Origin: Microthrixaceae bacterium
Lineage (GTDB): Bacteria > Actinomycetota > Acidimicrobiia > Acidimicrobiales > VFJN01
Direction: 5' to 3'
Assembly (NCBI GenBank): GCA_052386335.1
Contig: JBQTKH010000009.1
Span: 1,842 to 65,841, forward strand
Length of the DNA: 64,000 nt
Under the pieces are notes generated by a model, which saw only the letters and a program-made list of their open reading frames with translations, made no database searches and was not told the origin of the DNA. The position numbers were made by a program, and so were the translations under genes. Positions within the stretch are counted from its first letter, which is position 1. Every line of letters begins with the position of its first letter. Shown here one piece after another: positions 8,849-16,583 of this stretch.

Positions 8849-9271
8849 ACGTCTGCCGCCCCGGCGCAGCGCGCTGAGTGAGACCATCGAGAGCACTGGG
8901 CCATCGGTGTCACAGATTGGAACGCGGGACGGCGACTATTTGTTGGGCGGGTGGCCGAAGCCGTGGTACTCGGGACCGTGATCCGCGGCGATGGCGTCCG
9001 CTCGCTCCCGCGCCTCCTGAAGGTCTGCCCGCTCGTCGTCCGTCAGGGCCCGGCCGAGCAGAGTCGCAAGCCGTCGCGCGGCTTCATCAATGGACCACCC
9101 CGCCTTGACCATGTCCCCTGCAATCGACGCATGGAGCGGAACGTCGTTTGAGCCGCCTGCGTCACCCAGTCACCCCAGCAGGAGCCCACCCCTGGTTCGT
9201 CCACATCGCCGCAGGCGCCCCGGCCGTCAGCGCCGGGGCGGCAGAGGGGTGGCACGCCGATCAGGCAAAGT

Positions 9272-10018
9272 GTGACGATCGGAGCCTTGTCCCCCATCCC
9301 CGTGAGCCGTGGAGGCGTCGCCTGGCGCGGGCTCGCGGTCGACGCATCGGGGCTTCGCTATCAACCGCCGAGTCTTCGTTGGCGTCGCGCCTCACTGCTG
9401 CTCGAGCCCGCCGGTCTGTCAATCGTCCAGCGGTCGGGTGCGCGTGAATGCTTGTCTTGGGACACCGGCAACCGAGCCTGGCGATTGGTCGGGGAACAGG
9501 GCTCGCGGTCAAGCAGAGCCGGCATTCGTGTCTCGATCCAGCCGATCTCCGAGTCCGTCTGGGACCCGTCGTTCGACCTCCGAGAGACCTGGTTGCCCTC
9601 GACCTGGACAGTTCCCCCGCTGGAGGAGCTCCCGGCGCTGGTCGCCTTCCTCGTCGCGACTCCGGAGGCACGACAAGGCCTGGCCAACACGACGCGGACG
9701 ATCGGGTTGCTCGAGCAGCTGGCGACGAAGAGCTGGATTCGACCGCGTCCTCCGTCCGAGCCGATGCTTGGTGACAAACTCGATCTGTTCGTCGCTATCA
9801 ACCGCGTTCTCGACGCGATCGGATGGCGGCGCTTTGGCGGTCATCCAGTGCGTGGTGAAGCACTCCCTCGTCCCGGGGACATCGCCGCCCGGGCACGACT
9901 ACGTCTCATCAGTGGGGTGTCAGCCCGAGTCGATGACGAGGTTCTCATCCACGCTGTTGAGGCCCACCTTCAGGTGGGAGCGTGGCCCTTTGACGTCCTC
10001 GTCGACTCGGACCGCTGA
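9272..10018 (+). CDS. Hypothetical protein
   Basis: 248-aa ORF with balanced composition; no family recognised. Confidence 0.5.
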   Translation: MTIGALSPIPVSRGGVAWRGLAVDASGLRYQPPSLRWRRASLLLEPAGLSIVQRSGARECLSWDTGNRAWRLVGEQGSRSSRAGIRVSIQPISESVWDPSFDLRETWLPSTWTVPPLEELPALVAFLVATPEARQGLANTTRTIGLLEQLATKSWIRPRPPSEPMLGDKLDLFVAINRVLDAIGWRRFGGHPVRGEALPRPGDIAARARLRLISGVSARVDDEVLIHAVEAHLQVGAWPFDVLVDSDR

Positions 10019-10144
10019 CCTCAAAGCACTTCTCCCGCCCGGCGCAGTGCGCTAGCACCCGAGCCAGGGCGGATTCTGACCAGGGCCCGGTGGCCGTCTC
10101 CGAGCGGGCAGAATCTGAAGTGTGAACGTGCGCTCGACTTTGGC

Positions 10145-10384
10145 TTGGCTCACGTGGGCTGTCGTGGTAGCCGTTGGAGTCCTGGGGCCTGGGTGGGCAT
10201 GTACCTGGTGATGATCGCGTTCGCTCCGCTCATCATTTCAGGCGGCGAGGAGCAAGCGAGTCTTCGTGAGGGGGTCACGTGGTTCGTCGTGTGCATCGGC
10301 CTAGGGGCCGTCACTCTGTTCCTGACCTGGACCGCGTTTCGGTGGACGAAGCGACATCGGCCTTGGGTGGGCGAAACCGCCTAG
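10145..10384 (+). CDS. Small two-TM membrane protein
   Basis: Two hydrophobic segments; start uncertain. Confidence 0.4.
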   Translation: MAHVGCRGSRWSPGAWVGMYLVMIAFAPLIISGGEEQASLREGVTWFVVCIGLGAVTLFLTWTAFRWTKRHRPWVGETA

Positions 10385-10435
10385 CCAACAGCCATCCACC
10401 GCCCGAGCCTGCCGCTCGGTGCTGCGCACCGACTA

Positions 10436-10457
10436 TTGCTCACGGATTGCTAACGAA
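10436..10457 (+). promoter_or_regulatory. Putative integrase arm-type sites (right): TTGCTCACGGA-TTGCTAACGAA
   Basis: Matches the tandem at 4890..4910, ~115 bp inside attR. Confidence 0.7.
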
Positions 10458-10573
10458 CGCGGTCGAACTCGACGGTTCTGGCCGACACGCGCTGACATCG
10501 CCGTCCTGCGTTTGCCCAGGTCGGACGGCATTTCCTGGCATCGGTCGACACGGGCCGAACAGCCGTCCTCGGC

Positions 10574-10630
10574 CTTAAACCCCTCTGGCCCCTCGGGGCT
10601 GTGTGGGTTCGACTCCCACCCCGGGCACTG
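10574..10630 (+). repeat. attR: displaced, diverged 3' half of tRNA-Leu(TAA)
   Basis: CTTAAACCCCTCTGGC-CCCTCGGGGCTGT-GTGGG-TTCGACT-CCCAC-CCCGGGCACTG; no 5' half upstream. Confidence 0.9.
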
Positions 10631-10634
10631 GGAA

Positions 10635-10717
10635 GTCCGACCGCCTCGGCCACTCCACGATCGCCATCACGCCCGACGCCTACTCCCAGGCCGTCCCCAG
10701 CCTCGACGCCGACGCCG
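10635..10717 (+). pseudogene. Integrase C-terminal remnant
   Basis: Encodes SDRLGHSTIAITPDAYSQAVPSLDA; 7 mismatches in 83 nt against 5934..6016 by manual alignment. Confidence 0.9.
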
Positions 10718-10830
10718 AGGCGCTGCCGCCGGCGTGCTCAAGGGGCGGCGAGTGGGAGGCGATGCATGGCGACATGGCCGGGTTCTACGAGGTTCGAGTC
10801 ACCGGCGGCGGGATGAACCACCGGTTGGCT
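10715..10830 (+). pseudogene. Internal fragment of a probable RelE/Gp49-like toxin gene
   Basis: GGEWEAMHGDMAGFYEVRVTG...HRL resembles the RelE-fold 'G-x-YE-x-R...R' core; no start or end. Confidence 0.5.
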
Positions 10831-10835
10831 CGTGA

Positions 10836-11219
10836 TCAGAACATGCCGTTGTCGTTGGCGGAGAGCTCCGGAATGACTTGCAGCACGTCCCAGTGCTCCA
10901 CGACCTTGCCCTCGTCGTCGAAGCGGAAGATGTCGATTCCTGCGTAGTCGTGGTCGCCGGGCCACGTCTGGTGGCAGTGGAGGGCGACCAAGTCACCTTC
11001 CGCGACGGCGCGAACGAACTCGACTCGCTTCCCGGGGTACGCGCGGTCCATGCGCTCGAAGTACTCGATGAAGGCTTCCTTACCGTCGGCGACGTCGGGG
11101 TTGTGCTGTCGGTAGTCAGCCCCTGCGTACCGCTCGATGGCCTCGCGGGGCTTTGACTGGTTGAACATCAGATCGTAGAACGCCTGCGCGTTCGCCTTGT
11201 TGGTTTGGGGGTCCGTCAT
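10836..11219 (-). CDS. SnoaL-like/NTF2 family protein
   Basis: [37 protein letters not shown]. Confidence 0.9.
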   Translation of the reverse strand: MTDPQTNKANAQAFYDLMFNQSKPREAIERYAGADYRQHNPDVADGKEAFIEYFERMDRAYPGKRVEFVRAVAEGDLVALHCHQTWPGDHDYAGIDIFRFDDEGKVVEHWDVLQVIPELSANDNGMF

Positions 11220-11460
11220 GATCGGCTCAACCCCGAGCGCGGGTCGTTTCTGCCCGACGTGGCCTGTGTCGGTCCCTGCCCCCCGGCGCTGCGGCCGGCT
11301 GCGGCGACGGGATCGTCGCCCAGGGCCAGGCCGGCCTGTCGGCCCCGCTCAGCGATGTTCTCGGGGAGCAGGTACTCGGCCAGCTCCTCCGGCCCGGCGG
11401 CGTGGACCGGCCGCTCGTCGTAGTCGATCGGCAGCACGTTGGCGCGGTTGCCGTGACCGA

Positions 11461-11805
11461 TCAGCTCGGTAACGCGCTCGAGCGCGCCTTGGCCGCGAAC
11501 GCGGTCACGCTGATGCCCGCGACGAGCAGTGGCAGACCGATCGAGAACAGCGCGATCGTGCCGAGGCCGATCAACAGCAGTCCTGCCGACACCAGCGCCC
11601 CAACCCGGTGGATCGCGCTGCGGCGGGTGCCGTGCGCCGCAAGGGCTGCCGCCAGGCCGAGGATGACAAGCACCCACAGAAGTGAGCTGTCGCCCTGCGA
11701 GTCGATGAGCAGCGCGTATCCCACCGCGACGGATCCGGCGACTGCCGCCACCGCGGCGGGGAGGTAGTCCCACTCCCGTTCGCCGTGCGTTGCGCTCGTG
11801 GTCAC
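11461..11805 (-). CDS. Small multi-TM membrane protein
   Basis: Three to four hydrophobic segments in the C-terminal part of ORF 11461..12015. Confidence 0.55.
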   Translation of the reverse strand: MTTSATHGEREWDYLPAAVAAVAGSVAVGYALLIDSQGDSSLLWVLVILGLAAALAAHGTRRSAIHRVGALVSAGLLLIGLGTIALFSIGLPLLVAGISVTAFAAKARSSALPS

Positions 11806-11849
11806 GCGAACAGCCTGCCTGATCCACGCTGGTTCGCGCGGGCGAACGC

Positions 11850-12407
11850 TCAGGGGGCGGGCGGCGCCGTCAGCAGCTCGAGCAGCTTGGTGGTCGTGGA
11901 CCAGGTGCGGATCGTCATTCGCTGGTACTCGGCGGTGCCGGTGATCCGACTCAGGCGGCTCTCGGTGCGGCGCTCGCTCAGGCGTGCGAAGTACACGACT
12001 TCCCGACCCGCCCACGCCTGATCCACCCCGTCACGAAACGTCAGCGCCGCCATCGCGTCGCTGGTTGTGAGTGGAGCCTTCAGGAAGACCACGTCGGAGT
12101 GGTAGGTGTCGGGCTCGGCACCGAACCCCGTCGGCGCGTTGGTCACGATCGCGCGTAGCTGGGCCAGCGATCGCGCCACGACGACGAGCGGAACGCCGAA
12201 CCGCCCTTCGAGCATCGCTTCGAGGTCGCCCTCGAGCGCTCCGGCCCGCACATCCGACTCGAACAGCACGTTCCCCGACTGGATGTAGGTGCGGACAGCA
12301 CCGAACCCGGCGGCGTCGAACGCGTCGCGCAGGTCGGCCATCGAGATGATGTTGCGACCGCCGACGTTGATGCCGCGCAGCAGAGCGACGTATCGCTTGG
12401 ACTCCAT
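11850..12407 (-). CDS. DUF1697 family protein
   Basis: YVALLRGINVGG, TYIQSGN, TIRTWST signature. Confidence 0.95.
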   Translation of the reverse strand: MESKRYVALLRGINVGGRNIISMADLRDAFDAAGFGAVRTYIQSGNVLFESDVRAGALEGDLEAMLEGRFGVPLVVVARSLAQLRAIVTNAPTGFGAEPDTYHSDVVFLKAPLTTSDAMAALTFRDGVDQAWAGREVVYFARLSERRTESRLSRITGTAEYQRMTIRTWSTTTKLLELLTAPPAP

Positions 12408-12479
12408 GGTTCCCTCCCGGCCGCGCGTCGAGGACCAGTCGTACCGGTGCGCGTGCCCGCTAGCAACCCGATGCCTCGA

Positions 12480-13652
12480 TCAGGGTGGGTCGGGTCCGGG
12501 GTGGTCGGGGTGGTGGTTACGCCACTTGTTGTGGAAGCCGCACCCGAGGCGACCGTTGTTCTGGGTGGTGGGGCCGCCTCTGTGGGCTTCGTGGATGTGG
12601 TCGATCTCGGGCCGTTCGGGGACGTCGTCGCAGTAGGGGTGGAAGCAGGTGCGGTCGCGAACTTCGATGGCTCGGCGGAGCGCACCCCGGAAGAAGCGGC
12701 GGGTGGCGCCGACGTCGATGACCCGAGAGGGCCCGTCGAACACGATCCGTTCGATGTCGGCTTGGTCGAGCCAGCGCGCCGCGGTGCCCGGGGTGATGGT
12801 GGTGCGGTTGAACAGCTCCAACAAGGGTCCGGCAAAGGTCTCGTAGTCGACGAGCACCGTGAACAACGGCCGCGGGCGCTTCCCATCCGCGGGGGCGGTG
12901 CGGGCCCGGGTGGCCATCTCGACCAGGGCGTCGGCGCGGCGCTGCGCGGGTGTCCGTTGAAGGTCGACGATGAGCGGATCACGGCCGAAACGGGCTTTGG
13001 CCTCGGCCCAGTCAGCCTCGAACAGCTGCCGTTCGATCATCGACAAGGTGCCATGCACGATGTCACCGGAGATCGGGTCCAGGGTCATGCGCCCGAACCA
13101 CATCCCCCCGAAGGACTGGGACAGGTGGACCTCGCGGGCGGCGCGGTCGTCGTCGGCGCCTTGTTCGGCCCCATCAGGGTCGACGAACGCTTCCCAGAGG
13201 TCGCAGTGGCGTTTGAAGTCCACGAACCCCCGCGTGCGGGCCGAGTCCAACAGCGCCTTGTGATCAGTCTCGAACTGCGCCTTGGTGCGCGGTGTGCGCA
13301 CTCCCAACAGGGTGATCAGGTGGGTGCGGTCGATCTCCCCGGAGGCCCATGCTCCCTCGACCGCGGGCAGGGTGCGCAGGGCGCGGGCGTGGCGGATCCG
13401 TTGCCGGGTCGTCTGGATCGGCAACCGCTGCTCACGCGTCAACCACGCGGCACCCGACTTCGCGCCTGAGGCCTGCCAGACCCGGTCCGCGTCCCAGCGC
13501 GCCAACACCCGGGCTTCGGCCGCTTCGAGCTGACCGCGCAGGCGTTGCATCTGCAGGAGCGCGTCGGTCAGCTCCGAAGCGGTCATCCCGTCCGGGTCGA
13601 CCCGGCCGACAGCCGAGGACGCGGTATCGAGCAACGCAACGGCGTCGGCCAT
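12480..13652 (-). CDS. DUF222 + HNH endonuclease (13E12-repeat-like)
   Basis: RTPAQRRADALVEM, RAIEVRDRTCFHPYC, IDHIH..GGPT..NG..CGFHN; GAAGGAGG RBS before ATG 13652. Confidence 0.92.
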   Translation of the reverse strand: MADAVALLDTASSAVGRVDPDGMTASELTDALLQMQRLRGQLEAAEARVLARWDADRVWQASGAKSGAAWLTREQRLPIQTTRQRIRHARALRTLPAVEGAWASGEIDRTHLITLLGVRTPRTKAQFETDHKALLDSARTRGFVDFKRHCDLWEAFVDPDGAEQGADDDRAAREVHLSQSFGGMWFGRMTLDPISGDIVHGTLSMIERQLFEADWAEAKARFGRDPLIVDLQRTPAQRRADALVEMATRARTAPADGKRPRPLFTVLVDYETFAGPLLELFNRTTITPGTAARWLDQADIERIVFDGPSRVIDVGATRRFFRGALRRAIEVRDRTCFHPYCDDVPERPEIDHIHEAHRGGPTTQNNGRLGCGFHNKWRNHHPDHPGPDPP

Positions 13653-13739
13653 GACAGGTCCTCCTTCGGGCGACTCGCGATCTCGCACAAGAACGGGGAC
13701 CAGCAACCAGGTCCCGAAGGGGAACCCCCACAACGTACA

Positions 13740-13753
13740 CGAACTGGAGTTCG
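13740..13753. promoter_or_regulatory. LexA (SOS) box CGAAC-TGGA-GTTCG upstream of the DUF222-HNH gene
   Basis: Perfect actinobacterial CGAAC-N4-GTTCG, adjacent to a minus-strand -10 TACGTT (13732..13737). Confidence 0.8.
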
Positions 13754-13859
13754 TGTGCAACCCGAATCCAACATCTTCGTGCCCGCCAGACCGGCTGTTA
13801 GGCCGCGGAGAGCGCACGCGGGTCGCGTCAGGGACGAGAGGTCGACGACCGCATGCCAC

Positions 13860-14732
13860 TCAGGAGCGAGCGATGACCTCGTCGCCGTACTTGGCGAAGG
13901 CCTCGCGCTGGCCCTCGGGGTCGTAGGCGAGCGGCGGGATGATCACCCGGGTGACGCCGAGGTCGGCGAGCGCCTTGACCTCGTCGAGGGCCTTGCTGCC
14001 GAGCGCGCCGTTTCCGCCTGCGGTGATCTCGATCGCGTCGGGATCGCGGCCGTGCTCCACCGCGGTCGCGCGCATCACGGCGATCAGCTCGGCGAGGTCC
14101 TCGTGGCTGCCTCGGCCGGGGAAGAAGCCGTCGCCCAGGCGCCCGGCGCGCCGCGCCGCCGCCTTGCTGTGGCCGCCGATGACGATCGGCACCGTGGTCT
14201 GGATGGGCCGCGGTCGTGAGATGGCGTTCGTGAACGCGGAGTGCGTGCCCTGGTGCGTGGCCTGGTCTTGTGTCCAGAGCGCGCGCAGCGCGGCGATGTG
14301 GTCGTCGGTGCGGGCGCCGCGGTCGGCGAAGGAGATGCCGATCGCGTCGAACTCCTCCTCCAGCCATCCCACGCCGACGCCGAGCTCCACGCGCCCTCCC
14401 GAGAGGCGATCGAGCGTGGCGACCTCCTTGGCGAGGACGATCGGGTTGCGCTGCGGCAGGATCAGGATGCCGGTGCCGAGACGGATGGTGGAGGTCGCGG
14501 CCGCTACGTAGGTCAACCAGATGAGCGGGTCCGGGATGTCTGAGTCCTCCGGGCCGGGCATCCGGCCTGTGGGGCTGTAGGGGTAGGGCGACTTGTAGCC
14601 GGCCGGCACGATCGTGTGCTCGACGGTCCAGAGGGACTCGATGCCCCCGGCTTCCGCGGCCTGCGCAAGCGCGATCGCCCCCTCGGCATAGGCCATCGGC
14701 CCAACGTTTGCGAACGCAACCCCGAACCTCAT
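13860..14732 (-). CDS. LLM-class F420-dependent oxidoreductase (Rv2161c-like)
   Basis: WTVEH, LAKEVATLDRLSGGRVELGVGVGWLEEEF, IGGHS..AARRAGRLGDGF. Confidence 0.9.
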   Translation of the reverse strand: MRFGVAFANVGPMAYAEGAIALAQAAEAGGIESLWTVEHTIVPAGYKSPYPYSPTGRMPGPEDSDIPDPLIWLTYVAAATSTIRLGTGILILPQRNPIVLAKEVATLDRLSGGRVELGVGVGWLEEEFDAIGISFADRGARTDDHIAALRALWTQDQATHQGTHSAFTNAISRPRPIQTTVPIVIGGHSKAAARRAGRLGDGFFPGRGSHEDLAELIAVMRATAVEHGRDPDAIEITAGGNGALGSKALDEVKALADLGVTRVIIPPLAYDPEGQREAFAKYGDEVIARS

Positions 14733-14830
14733 GACGCTGTCTCCCTGGTCGTTCCGAGCTGAACCTATCGGCCGGCGTCGGGGCGAGCGCACGCCGGGTT
14801 TGTCCGATATGGCAGGATCCTGCACTCGCC

Positions 14831-14844
14831 GTGACGAATGTCAC
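14831..14844. promoter_or_regulatory. CRP/GlxR-like palindrome GTGA-N6-TCAC
   Basis: GTGACGAATGTCAC in the divergent intergenic region, 34 nt before the transporter operon. Confidence 0.45.
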
Positions 14845-14878
14845 CATGTTGGCGGGGTAGCTCGATCCGGGGGTCATC

Positions 14879-16582
14879 ATGCGGAAGTCGTCGATCCGGC
14901 TCTATGGGCCGTTTCTGGCCGTGGCGCTGCTGCAGGCGCTGTTCATCGCGGTTGCCCCCTCCAAGGCGCCCGACCGGTCCGCGGTGACCGCGGCGCTCGG
15001 CCCGCTCGGCAGCGAGGTGGGTGGCAGCGACGGGGGCGTGATCGACCCGGAGACCGGCCTGCTGATCGACCCGGAGACCGGCGAGCTGATCGACCCGCAG
15101 ACCGGGCGCGCCGTGTCGGGGGGCACCGGTGGCACCGGTGGCACAACCGGCGGAGGGACGACGGGGACGACCGGCACCGCGGGTGGTGTGGCCGGCGACA
15201 CCAGCCACTGCAAGAACGGCTTCCAGTTCGAGGTCCTGCTGCTCAACCCACCGTGCGTCCCGAAGTTCACGGGCAACAACGGTGGCGCGACGTACCGGGG
15301 CGTCACGGACAAGGAGATCAAGATCGTGATCTTTTCCACCGCGTCCAACGCCGCGGTGGACGCAGTGCTGGCGCCTCAGGGCTTGGCGGCATCGCCCGCC
15401 GAGCTCGACGCCATCTACGCCGCGCTCGAGAAGTTCGTCGAGAAGCGCTACGAGCTCTACGGACGCGAACTCAAGATCATCCGCTACACGGGGAACTGCG
15501 AGACCTCGCCCCCCACTGTCGCTGAGTGCAAGGAGTCAGCGCGCGAGGTGATCAAGATGAACCCGTTCCTCGTCGTGTTCGGCACACCGCTCTACGGCGA
15601 GGTGTTCGACGAGTTCGCCCGAGCGGGCATCCCCAGCGTGGGCGGCTGGCACTTCGACGACTCGTACTTCACGCAGCGCCGGCCCTATCGGTACGACGTG
15701 TTCATGGACGGGACCCGCACCGCCCGGATGGTCGGGGAGTACTACTGCAAGAAGATGGCCGGCAAGCCTGCCGACCACGCGGGTGTGGTGATCCACGACA
15801 CCATTCCCGGCGGTCGCCTCGCTCCGCGCAAGGTGGCCATCATCACCCCCGAGATCGACGCCAACGTCCGGGCTCAGCGCTACCTCATGGACATCATCTC
15901 CAAGTGCGATGGTGGCAAGCCCGTCGTGCCGATCACCTACGTGTCGGACATCGAGCGGGCCAACGAGCAGACCGAGGCCACCACGGCCACGCTCATCCGG
16001 GAGAAGGTCACCACGATCATCTGCCTGTGCGACCCGATCGCGCCGGCCTTCGCCACGGCCTACTACACCAAGCAGCACTACTTCCCCGAGCACCTGCTCT
16101 CCGGGAGCGGGCTGCTCGACTACGACCTCCTCGGGCGCCTCTACGAGCCGAACCAGTGGGAGCACGCGTTCGGGCCGAGCCATCTGTCCGAGCCGATCCC
16201 GTTCGGCCAGACCGACGCCTCAAGGGTGTGGCGTGACGTGGGCAACAGCGGTGAGCCGTGCAAGTCCTGCAACCTGCACACCGGCTACTTCGTGTTTGTG
16301 GCCGGTTTGTTGCAGGGCGCCGGACCGAACCTCAACCCGCTCACGATGGAGCAGGCCGTGATGGCATCCAAGCCTCAGGGAGGGTTCCCGGGAACGTCCC
16401 TCATCAAGTTCGGCCCGGGCGACTACACGGCCATCTCCGATGCTCGGGAGGTGTACTGGAGCAGCTCGGCGATCTCCAAGATCGACGGCAAGCCCGGTGC
16501 CTACATCTCGTTGAACAACGCCAAGCGCTACGAGATCGGGCAGTGGAACAACGAGATGGCAATCCCGGTGAAGTCCAAGTGA
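14879..16582 (+). CDS. Membrane-anchored ABC substrate-binding protein (type I/Liv-like fold)
   Basis: N-terminal TM, Gly/Thr linker, NGGATYRGVTDKEIKI motif, several Cys; first gene of a Liv-type operon. Confidence 0.75.
   Translation: MRKSSIRLYGPFLAVALLQALFIAVAPSKAPDRSAVTAALGPLGSEVGGSDGGVIDPETGLLIDPETGELIDPQTGRAVSGGTGGTGGTTGGGTTGTTGTAGGVAGDTSHCKNGFQFEVLLLNPPCVPKFTGNNGGATYRGVTDKEIKIVIFSTASNAAVDAVLAPQGLAASPAELDAIYAALEKFVEKRYELYGRELKIIRYTGNCETSPPTVAECKESAREVIKMNPFLVVFGTPLYGEVFDEFARAGIPSVGGWHFDDSYFTQRRPYRYDVFMDGTRTARMVGEYYCKKMAGKPADHAGVVIHDTIPGGRLAPRKVAIITPEIDANVRAQRYLMDIISKCDGGKPVVPITYVSDIERANEQTEATTATLIREKVTTIICLCDPIAPAFATAYYTKQHYFPEHLLSGSGLLDYDLLGRLYEPNQWEHAFGPSHLSEPIPFGQTDASRVWRDVGNSGEPCKSCNLHTGYFVFVAGLLQGAGPNLNPLTMEQAVMASKPQGGFPGTSLIKFGPGDYTAISDAREVYWSSSAISKIDGKPGAYISLNNAKRYEIGQWNNEMAIPVKSK
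15041..15106 (+). repeat. 3 x 24-bp coding repeat (IDPETG/IDPQTG)
   Basis: ATCGACCCGGAGACCGGC at 15041 and 15065, variant at 15089. Confidence 0.85.
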
Positions 16583-16583
16583 C

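Larger units (their letters stand above)
4787..10630. mobile_element. ~5.8 kb integrative element inserted in tRNA-Leu(TAA)
   Basis: Integrase next to the tRNA; tRNA 3' half repeated at 10574..10630; excisionase and TA pair inside; shared arm-type repeats at both ends. Confidence 0.9.

Noticed and set aside
10574-10630. Second complete tRNA-Leu
   Set aside because: Acceptor 5' strand and D-arm are missing; it is attR
4930-10630. Prophage or integron
   Set aside because: No structural or lysis genes, no attC-like sites, and the integrase has an arm-binding N-domain rather than IntI features
11216-11460. Possible gene fragment (VLPIDYDERPVH...)
   Set aside because: No start, RBS or family recognised; cannot be supported
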